From IMG/VR virus record IMGVR_UViG_2872698443_000001: a stretch of DNA of 18,271 bases, one strand, 5' to 3'. Positions 1 to 6,805 of the stretch are shown piece by piece. This DNA is from a virus. Lineage: Duplodnaviria > Heunggongvirae > Uroviricota > Caudoviricetes. Numbering within the stretch: position 1 is the stretch's first letter; each line of letters begins with the position of its first letter. A program made the position numbers and the translations under genes. Under the pieces are notes generated by a model. The model made no database searches. It was not told the origin of the DNA and saw only the letters and a list, made by a program, of their open reading frames with translations.

Positions 1-891
1 TTACTTTGTAATGAGATCGGGGTCAACTTCGCTTAACCGGCTTCGTTTTGACAGGTTGCCGGTCTTTCTTTTTTTCACTTTCGCCAGTTCTTCCGCAGAG
101 TAATGCGACGCGACATCCAGCCGTCGAAGCCCCATTTTGATGTACTCGCTGTTGATCTCAATACCAATGAATTTTCGTCCGCTGGCGATGGCTACGGCAC
201 CGGTAGTAAAGCTACCAGCAAACGGGTCGAGAACGATATCGCCTGGGTTGGAAGAGGCGAGAATAATGCGTTTCAGTAAGGCTTCCGGTTTTTGCGTCGG
301 GTGGTTTTCATATTCATCCATCAAATAACGCACGCGCGGAAAATCCCAAACGTTACCCGGTACTTTTTGATGATTGTAAGGCTGTGGAGGATTTTTGCGA
401 TAATCGATCAACGCGCGCTGCGATCCGGTTTTGGCTTCTACCAGAATAGCATCACCGTTGAATGTGTAGTTCTTTGCGTCTTTCACCATCATCAGGATGG
501 GTTCGTACATGGAGCCGTAGTGTTTTTTCGCCTGCACTCCAGAACTGTCATATGACCAGACGATGCGACTTTTGATGGTAAAAAGCTTGCGGCACTGGAG
601 ATCGATAAAGGGCATGTTTTCCGTACTGTTCATGATGTACATGCTGCCCTGCTTTTTCAGAACGCGGTGGCACTCTGCAATCACTTCAAACAGCCAGTCG
701 ATAAACAGATCTTCTTTCCAGGCTTCGATCAGACCATCAAAATTTTTACCGATGTTATATGGTGGGTCGGCAAAGATCAGATCGACACTTTCGGCGGGGA
801 TCTTTTTAAGTTCGGCAAGCGCATCACCGTGAATAATGGTCTTAGCTTCATTACCAAACCGGGTCGGTTCACATCCTGTTCTCATGGTCAC
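1..891 (-). CDS. yhdJ: DNA adenine (N6) methyltransferase YhdJ, complete 296 aa; host gene outside the island
   Basis: Full-length ORF with the FADPPYN N6-adenine methyltransferase motif; sequence recognised as E. coli YhdJ; lies to the left of the island direct repeat. Confidence 0.9.
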   Translation of the reverse strand: MTMRTGCEPTRFGNEAKTIIHGDALAELKKIPAESVDLIFADPPYNIGKNFDGLIEAWKEDLFIDWLFEVIAECHRVLKKQGSMYIMNSTENMPFIDLQCRKLFTIKSRIVWSYDSSGVQAKKHYGSMYEPILMMVKDAKNYTFNGDAILVEAKTGSQRALIDYRKNPPQPYNHQKVPGNVWDFPRVRYLMDEYENHPTQKPEALLKRIILASSNPGDIVLDPFAGSFTTGAVAIASGRKFIGIEINSEYIKMGLRRLDVASHYSAEELAKVKKRKTGNLSKRSRLSEVDPDLITK

Positions 892-907
892 TCCCTTTGT
901 GACACCT

Positions 908-985
908 ATAAAAAAGGCGCTTCCCCATGCCGAGTAGCGCCTTTTTAATCAAGCATTTAGCTAACCTGAATTAGTTCATGCCGTA
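908..985. repeat. Left copy of ~78-bp imperfect direct repeat (att-type junction) carrying a fis-terminator-like hairpin and a diverged fis 3'-end remnant
   Basis: 908-947 matches 17912-17951 at 39/40 positions (AAAAAAGGCGC-N-TCCCCATGCCGAGTAGCGCCTTTTTA); 948-985 matches 17952-17989 at 28/38, including a perfect GTTCATGCCGTA block that is the reverse complement of the fis C-terminal codons. Confidence 0.8.
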
Positions 986-1114
986 CTGTCATATTAGCTG
1001 TTTTCATGCTTTTAGATGATTTTAATATTCATATAATAATCAATGTGTTGTATAAATTCATGCCTGTATATTGTTCCAGTGTTTTTCTTTGTTTATGCTA
1101 TTATGCAAGCAATT

Positions 1115-1137
1115 CTGTATAAACATTTGTATAAACA
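1115..1137. promoter_or_regulatory. Tandem TGTATAAACA decamers (x2), candidate integrase arm-type binding sites or int promoter element
   Basis: CTGTATAAACATTTGTATAAACA lies just upstream of int; an almost identical 23-bp block in the same orientation occurs at 17886-17908 at the opposite end of the element. Confidence 0.45.
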
Positions 1138-1155
1138 CTTTGGGCTGGGTGGTCT

Positions 1156-2376
1156 ATGGCTGGCGAACTTAACAAACTGAGCGACAGGAAGTTAAAGGGA
1201 TTACATGGTATCCCGGCCAGTAAGATTGAGTTCTATGCTGATGGTGCCGGGCTGAGCGCCAAGGTAACTAAAGCTGGTGGTATTAGCTGGGTGTTTACTT
1301 ACCGACTCGACGGGCAGAAGCTGCATCGTCTTACTCTGGGACGATACCCGGATATGAGCCTCAAAGAGGCCCGTTCTTCGCGTGATAAATGCCGCCAATG
1401 GCTGGCCTCAGGTAAAGATCCAAAGCACCAGTTGGCGCTGACCACTCAGGAAACGCTTAAACCGGTCACTGTTAAGGAAGCTATAGAATACTGGATACGC
1501 GAATATGCAGAAGAGAACCGCGCGAATGTTGAACGGCACAAAGCGGAGCTGCGAAAACACATTTATCCTTATATAGGGAAAATGGCGCTCGCTGACTGTG
1601 AAACACGATACTGGCTTGACTGCTTTGACAGGATGAAAAAGAAAACTCCAGTCGCCGCAGGTTATGTGTTCCAGATGTGCAAACAAGCCCTGAAATTCTG
1701 CCGGGTTCGTCGCTATGCTGTGAGTACCGCGCTTGAAGATTTAACAATTCCAGATGTCGGTAAAAAACAGGCAAAAAAAGACCGGGTATTAAACGATAAA
1801 GAGGCTGGCGATTTATGGGCTGCCATTTCCTCTGGCACTTGCTTCATGCCTTACTACACCAGGCTACTGACAATCTTAATGGTGTTTGGGTGCCGAACGC
1901 AGGAGGCCAGGCTATCAGAGTGGAGTGAATGGGATATGGATGCCTGGGTCTGGACAGTTCCCAAAGAGCACAGCAAGGGCGGCGAGAAGATTGTAAGACC
2001 TGTGCCGGATGCCATGCGCAAATTCATTGAAATACTGCATGATGAAACGAAACGATCCGGCCTTTTGCTTGGGTCGGTTAAAGGCAGTGAAGCGGTAAGT
2101 CAGTGGGGCCGCGGTGTTTATAAAAAGCTGGGGCATTCTGAACCATGGACACTGCACGATCTAAGACGAACTTTAGCAACGCATATGAATAATATGGGTA
2201 TAGCACCACACGTTGTCGAACAGTTGTTGGGGCACTCAATGCCGGGAGTTATGGCGATTTATAACCGTAGTCTGTACTTGCCTGAGAAATTGGATGCGTT
2301 GAATAAATGGTATGACAGACTTGATATTTTATCAGGTGGATTCACTAACATTGTTTTGTTGAATAGGGCTGAATAA
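1156..2376 (+). CDS. Tyrosine-type site-specific integrase (P4-like, 406 aa)
   Basis: Long ORF adjacent to the att repeat; C-terminal catalytic signatures (HDLRRT, GHSMPGVMAIYNRS with the presumptive catalytic Tyr); N-terminal region resembles the arm-binding domain of P4-family integrases. Confidence 0.9.
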   Translation: MAGELNKLSDRKLKGLHGIPASKIEFYADGAGLSAKVTKAGGISWVFTYRLDGQKLHRLTLGRYPDMSLKEARSSRDKCRQWLASGKDPKHQLALTTQETLKPVTVKEAIEYWIREYAEENRANVERHKAELRKHIYPYIGKMALADCETRYWLDCFDRMKKKTPVAAGYVFQMCKQALKFCRVRRYAVSTALEDLTIPDVGKKQAKKDRVLNDKEAGDLWAAISSGTCFMPYYTRLLTILMVFGCRTQEARLSEWSEWDMDAWVWTVPKEHSKGGEKIVRPVPDAMRKFIEILHDETKRSGLLLGSVKGSEAVSQWGRGVYKKLGHSEPWTLHDLRRTLATHMNNMGIAPHVVEQLLGHSMPGVMAIYNRSLYLPEKLDALNKWYDRLDILSGGFTNIVLLNRAE

Positions 2377-2923
2377 TGACTAGTTTTCTAAAATTGGGTA
2401 TTTTCGAGCGAGAAGCCAAAGCCCCGGAACTCAATATTAAACAACTTGCACTACTTATGTGTGGGGTAGATCCGACAGTTAAAACTGCTGATATCCCTGA
2501 GGCGAAAGTTGAAGCTTACAATATATACTATCGACAACTGAGTAGATGGTTATCAGCATCTAAATTATTTCGAGGTGGAAACTCAACAGCCTATCCCGCA
2601 GACTATATGTTTGCTCTGGCATATCCTCTTATTGATGAAGATATTACACCACAACCCATAAAGGACAGATGCCTTGCGGCGGTGGCTATAATTGCTAATC
2701 AAAACAAAGGAAAAGAGCATCTTTATGCTATGGGAGGGGATGAGCTTTTACAGGTCGGAATTGCATTGAAAAGCAGCAAACGCGGCTTGCATCGTAAAGA
2801 AGATGAAAAGGAATATAATGATAAATTAATGGGGATGCTGGTCAAGCTTATAGCACATAAGATAGGCCGGTAATGCTGCCAACTTACTGATTTAGTGTAT
2901 GATGGTGTTTTTGAGGTGCTCCA

Positions 2924-3199
2924 GTGGCTTCTGTTTCTATCAGCTGTCCCTCCTGTTCAGCTACTGACGGGGTGGTGCGTAACGGCAAAAGCACCGCCGG
3001 ACATCAGCGCTATCTCTGCTCTCACTGCCGTAAAACATGGCAACTGCAGTTCACTTACACCGCTTCTCAACCCGGTACGCACCAGAAAATCATTGATATG
3101 GCCATGAATGGCGTTGGATGCCGGGCAACTGCCCGCATTATGGGCGTTGGCCTCAACACGATTTTACGTCACTTAAAAAACTCAGGCCGCAGTCGGTAA
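2924..3199 (+). CDS. insA: IS1 InsA
   Basis: 91-aa [26 protein letters not shown]... recognised as IS1 InsA with its zinc-finger and HTH region. Confidence 0.95.
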
Positions 3200-3621
3200 C
3201 CTCGCGCATACAGCCGGGCAGTGACGTCATCGTCTGCGCGGAAATGGACGAACAGTGGGGCTATGTCGGGGCTAAATCGCGCCAGCGCTGGCTGTTTTAC
3301 GCGTATGACAGGCTCCGGAAGACGGTTGTTGCGCACGTATTCGGTGAACGCACTATGGCGACGCTGGGGCGTCTTATGAGCCTGCTGTCACCCTTTGACG
3401 TGGTGATATGGATGACGGATGGCTGGCCGCTGTATGAATTCCGCCTGAAGGGAAAGCTGCACGTAATCAGCAAGCGATATACGCAGCGAATTGAGCGGCA
3501 TAACCTGAATCTGAGGCAGCACCTGGCACGGCTGGGACGGAAGTCGCTGTCGTTCTCAAAATCGGTGGAGCTGCATGACAAAGTCATCGGGCATTATCTG
3601 AACATAAAACACTATCAATAA
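3118..3621 (+). CDS. insB: IS1 InsB (expressed as InsAB' transposase by -1 frameshift)
   Basis: 167-aa ORF recognised as IS1 InsB; overlaps insA in the -1 frame; frameshift site TTAAAAAAC at about 3173-3181. Confidence 0.9.
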
Positions 3622-3939
3622 GTTGGAGTCATTACCAGATAGGCCATTCGTTTGGCACCTCTAAAAAACCAAGCATCTCGGCTATTTTAAACGAACTATA
3701 TAAATTAGCTGATGAGGAAGGTATATCTAAAACTGGATTATCCAAATCAGCAATATATGATAAAATTCGCAAGGCATTAAATTCGATTTATTATACGGAA
3801 TGAATATTATTTTGCAGTGTTAGTGGGTATTATTTATATTTCATGTGAAAATACTAATTAATTATATTTGTTGGAGCTTTTGGCGATTCTATGATCGCCA
3901 AGGAGATTCAATTGTTATATTTGATGTTTATTACAGTTA

Positions 3940-4020
3940 CATTCAACAGCATTCAACAGCATTCAACGACACGTAATGACACGTAACGGCACCCGACAGC
4001 ACCTAACAATACCTAGCTCC
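3940..4020. repeat. Array of ~10-bp phased direct repeats (CATTCAACAG x3, CACGTAAYGR x2, CACCYRACA-like x2)
   Basis: Read directly: successive near-identical decamers with exact 10-bp spacing in the AT-rich intergenic region upstream of alpA. Confidence 0.6.
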
Positions 4021-4060
4021 ATCCACGGTCTCTACTAGGTCATTACTTGCTAACTTTTTC

Positions 4061-4120
4061 CATCTTTGTTCATGGTTATTCATCACTGTTCATCAGCGTT
4101 CATCATTGTTCATCTTTGTT
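4061..4120. repeat. Six phased CATC-NN-TGTT decamers (iteron-like, TGTTCAT core); candidate crr-like or regulatory protein-binding array
   Basis: CATCTTTGTT CATGGTTATT CATCACTGTT CATCAGCGTT CATCATTGTT CATCTTTGTT at exact 10-bp periodicity; the TGTTCAT core resembles the TGTTCACC iterons at 8571-8799, about 4.5 kb away. Confidence 0.5.
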
Positions 4121-4373
4121 ATGAACAATCCAAGGCGAATCAAATCGTTAGAGAACGGTGATCTTCGGCGAGTTATTGAAATTCATGATTTTTTCTCTCG
4201 CGACAGCCGTTGAAATTACTGTGGAAATTGTTTTCAACAGGGGAGCGTTATCTTGATGGAATTTCTATCTTTCAATGGAATTGCGTGTTCTTTTAAAGGA
4301 TTCCAGAATCAATGGAAATGCTGGTCGTTTATCCACTAATCTCTTCGCATAACATTGAAACAGTGGAGGCAGC

Positions 4374-4658
4374 ATGCAAAATATAACCTTTACCCCGCCA
4401 AATCCTGAACAACGCCGCACCCTTTTAGAAGAGTACGGCTTTAAGTTTGATCGCCGAATCCGTGAAGATGAATGCAGCGAGATCACCAGTCTTTCCCGTT
4501 CCAGCCGCTGGAAGATGGAACAGCAGGGGCGCTTCCCTCCGCGCTGTCACTTTGGCCGCAATAGCTGTGCTTGGCTTCTTTCGGATGTGCTCTGGTGGGT
4601 TCGTAATCCGCCAGCAGTAGAGAACGTCAATAACCCATACAGCCGTAAATCTGCTTAA
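4374..4658 (+). CDS. alpA: AlpA-family phage transcriptional regulator (94 aa)
   Basis: Translation contains the AlpA-type HTH region (ITSLSRSSRWKMEQQGRFPPRCHFGRNSCAWLLSDVLWW); GGAGG Shine-Dalgarno 5 nt upstream of the ATG. Confidence 0.85.
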   Translation: MQNITFTPPNPEQRRTLLEEYGFKFDRRIREDECSEITSLSRSSRWKMEQQGRFPPRCHFGRNSCAWLLSDVLWWVRNPPAVENVNNPYSRKSA

Positions 4659-4678
4659 TTAACCACAGGTAATCTGAG

Positions 4679-5371
4679 ATGAAAAAGATTAATGCCCTCC
4701 ACGGGCAGGGATTCGCTCACCCTGTAGCCAGCCAGCACGATATTTCAGCGAACCGTAAACAGGTTATTGCCGGTGACTGGTCGCCCATTAATCGTGGTGA
4801 ATTTACGCTTGCCGATCTGGGGTTGCGCCACAACGGTAACGGGCTGGTGTGGCTGCGTTCCGGCGTGTCCGTGCATGAGGCAGACCATGATGCAGGGATA
4901 AGCGGCAAGGACAAGACCAAAGGAAGGGTTAACGGCCTTCCTTTTGAATTTGTCGGCCAGTGGCAGGAATACCCGACTAAACGCAGCTTTGCCGTTTCAG
5001 TATCTACGGAACTACGGCGCCAGTATTACCCGGACGATGCCGCATTCAGTAAGGCAATGCGTGAGGCTGGTTATGTTCCGGTGCGCACTCGCAAACTGAC
5101 CGGAAAGGATGCTCGTTTTTGGCTGTACCGTGTAACGGGCAATGATAAGGGGGTTGTCGCAGCAGAATCCGCGCCACACAAGGCTTGCGCGCCAGTTGTC
5201 CAGACCATATCTAAGCCTCATCCGTGGTTTAAGCGTGTGGCACTCGATGGTAAATGGCAGTACGTCTACGCAGATCACATCCGCTTTCTGACTAAAAAGC
5301 GTCATCGCGTCGATGGTGTTCGGGTTCAGGGGTATACCGCTGGCGGGCTGAAAGTGGAGGCTATTGTATGA
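4679..5371 (+). CDS. Hypothetical protein (230 aa)
   Basis: Long ORF co-directional with alpA; its stop overlaps the next ORF start (ATGA). No family recognised. Confidence 0.6.
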   Translation: MKKINALHGQGFAHPVASQHDISANRKQVIAGDWSPINRGEFTLADLGLRHNGNGLVWLRSGVSVHEADHDAGISGKDKTKGRVNGLPFEFVGQWQEYPTKRSFAVSVSTELRRQYYPDDAAFSKAMREAGYVPVRTRKLTGKDARFWLYRVTGNDKGVVAAESAPHKACAPVVQTISKPHPWFKRVALDGKWQYVYADHIRFLTKKRHRVDGVRVQGYTAGGLKVEAIV

Positions 5372-5723
5372 CAGGCAAAACAAAGGCGGCCATGCCGGGC
5401 CGCCTGAGTCTCAACGCTTTACTGAAACATCGCCAGATTACCAGGCTTGCCGCTGGTGGTCAAACCTTGAGCCAACGAAATCCGTACGCACAAATTAACC
5501 GCGTACGTTTAATGTACGGAGATCGAGACAAAGGCGAACAGTATTCGGGTTCATGGCAAAACAACGTTAAACGTGGTTTAGAGGCTCCGACGAAAAACGT
5601 AGAGAGCTGCGAAGATAACCAACCCTCTTTAAGAGGGGAGCCTCTGCACAACTCATTAATAGTTGCGCAAAACAGACCCTTTTTAAGAGGGGCAGTCCAC
5701 AGCATTACGGGGAGTAACCCTGT

Positions 5724-5897
5724 TCAGCCTTTTGGCTCGATGCCGCGCTTATCAAGTTCACGGCGCAAAAGGCGTTTTATCCATCCCGACTTATTATCGT
5801 CACCGTCTTCTTTCATCGCTAAAGCGAGCCGCTCTGACAGTTCTTTATCGAGTCTGAGCTGCACAACATGGCGCTCTTTATTTTCGCTTGTTGACAT
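5724..5897 (-). CDS. Ribbon-helix-helix (CopG/Arc-like) small DNA-binding protein, 58 aa, antisense to the surrounding operon
   Basis: MSTSENKERHVVQLRLDKELSERLALAMKEDGDDNKSGWIKRLLRRELDKRGIEPKG shows a beta-strand then two helices typical of RHH proteins; AGGAG Shine-Dalgarno 6 nt upstream of the ATG (reverse complement of 5895-5908). Start chosen at an internal Met of the 95-aa track ORF. Confidence 0.6.
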   Translation of the reverse strand: MSTSENKERHVVQLRLDKELSERLALAMKEDGDDNKSGWIKRLLRRELDKRGIEPKG

Positions 5898-5940
5898 TGT
5901 CAACTCCTGTGGTCTAGTCTGTAGTGGAGTTGACAATGTA
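5894..5940. promoter_or_regulatory. Perfect 14-bp inverted repeat (ACATTGTCAACTCC / GGAGTTGACAATGT) with 18-bp spacer overlapping the RHH gene start; candidate operator
   Basis: Arms at 5894-5907 and 5926-5939 are exact reverse complements; each arm contains a TTGACA hexamer and an SD-ATG arrangement. Confidence 0.5.
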
Positions 5941-6037
5941 CTACATTGCATGACTTTTAGTAAAGCAAAGCCCGGCAGTGGTGGAACACTAACCGGGCCT
6001 CTAACCACCACCGTTAGCGAAAGTAACGAGGCAGCTA

Positions 6038-6228
6038 TGAAAGATCATATCACACACCCGCAAGGGCGGAAGTCCTACATCTGGCGTTTTCTTGCACTGA
6101 GCGCCATCGGTCGCAACGTCATTCACATCACAGCTAACACTGAGCGCGAAGCCCGTGAGCAATCACCGGCTGGCTGCGTGATGGTATTCGCTGGCCGTCT
6201 ACCAGTTCAGGAGGTTCGCTATGCGTGA
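6038..6228 (+). CDS. Small hypothetical protein (63 aa), possible true 3' portion of the 286-aa track ORF
   Basis: Internal ATG at 6038 preceded by GAGG; its stop overlaps the start of the next ORF (ATG 6221, TGA 6226-6228), consistent with translational coupling. Weak evidence. Confidence 0.3.
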
Positions 6229-6415
6229 GCCAATCTGTCTGGAGCAGGCCGAATATAAATCAGCGCTGGCTTCATCACTTTACGAAACCATCCTGGAAAA
6301 AGCCTCTGCTGAATGTTCAGAAACGCTGCTGAATCTGATTTCTATTGCGTGTGATTTTAATCAGGAAATTCACCGGGCATTAATCGCCGAGCTGCACATG
6401 GGAGAGACAAAGTGA
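6221..6415 (+). CDS. Small hypothetical phage protein (64 aa)
   Basis: ORF in a chain of overlapping small genes immediately upstream of the replication gene. Confidence 0.5.
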   Translation: MREPICLEQAEYKSALASSLYETILEKASAECSETLLNLISIACDFNQEIHRALIAELHMGETK

Positions 6416-6627
6416 GACAGGTTCCTTTTGAAGTCCTGATGCACGCTGAAAATGCCCTTTCAGAAAGTGAGTGCGCAATGTCTGTGCTAAGCATGTGGAT
6501 TGACAGCATTCCCGACGGTGAAGAACACCGTGAGGAAGCGTGCCGTGTCGGAGCAATTATGTCTCTGCTGCACAAATCTATCGGCGAGCTGGTGAAGGCG
6601 CGGGAGGCTTACAGTGCGAAATCCTGA
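6412..6627 (+). CDS. Small hypothetical phage protein (71 aa, GTG start)
   Basis: GTG start preceded by GGAGAG; overlaps the previous stop, indicating translational coupling. Confidence 0.5.
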   Translation: MRQVPFEVLMHAENALSESECAMSVLSMWIDSIPDGEEHREEACRVGAIMSLLHKSIGELVKAREAYSAKS

Positions 6628-6805
6628 AATCAACGATAGCTGGAAGGATAAGCGCGGCGAACTGGTCACGGTGAAAGATAACGCATTTAACCGGGTAACG
6701 TTTGTGCGTGATGGTTACGATTTTCCGTGCATCTTTCCGCTGGAAAGGTTCGTTAAAGAGTTCACTTTCGTTAGCTGGGGGCTGAAAGATGAAAAACGCG
6801 CCTAA
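6614..6805 (+). CDS. Small hypothetical phage protein (63 aa, GTG start)
   Basis: GTG start preceded by GGGAGG; overlaps the start of the replication gene. The pattern resembles small proteins I recall next to P4-family replication genes, but that is from memory and uncertain. Confidence 0.5.
   Translation: MRNPEINDSWKDKRGELVTVKDNAFNRVTFVRDGYDFPCIFPLERFVKEFTFVSWGLKDEKRA

Larger units (their letters stand above)
2869..3636 (+). mobile_element. IS1 insertion sequence (768 bp) with perfect 9-bp target-site duplication AGATAGGCC
   Basis: Terminal inverted repeats GGTAATGCTGCCAACTTACTGAT (2869-2891) and ATCAATAAGTTGGAGTCATTACC (3614-3636); insA and insB ORFs with the A6C frameshift motif; AGATAGGCC at 2860-2868 and 3637-3645. 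Confidence 0.95.
2376..3803 (+). pseudogene. Hypothetical cargo gene interrupted by IS1 (5' part 2376-2868, 3' part 3646-3803; uninterrupted product would be ~216 aa)
   Basis: The 165-aa ORF ends in a stop codon supplied by the first bases of IS1 (ggTAAtg). Removing IS1 and one copy of the 9-bp duplication restores the reading frame, which continues to TGA at 3801-3803. Start overlaps the int stop (TAATG). Confidence 0.7.

Noticed and set aside
137-948. Several plus-strand ORFs (63-93 aa) inside yhdJ
   Set aside because: Antisense to the complete, recognisable yhdJ gene.
3940-4120. Possible CRISPR array suggested by regular short repeats
   Set aside because: Repeat units are only ~10 bp with no intervening unique spacers and no cas genes; this is a phased binding-site or iteron-type array, not CRISPR.
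5368-6228. 286-aa plus-strand ORF spanning the gap between the 230-aa gene and the small-gene chain
   Set aside because: Low-complexity Ser/Arg/Leu-rich translation that runs antisense across a well-formed RHH gene and through palindromic hairpins; more likely an antisense artefact. Only its last ~63 codons (6038-6228) are kept, as a low-confidence candidate.
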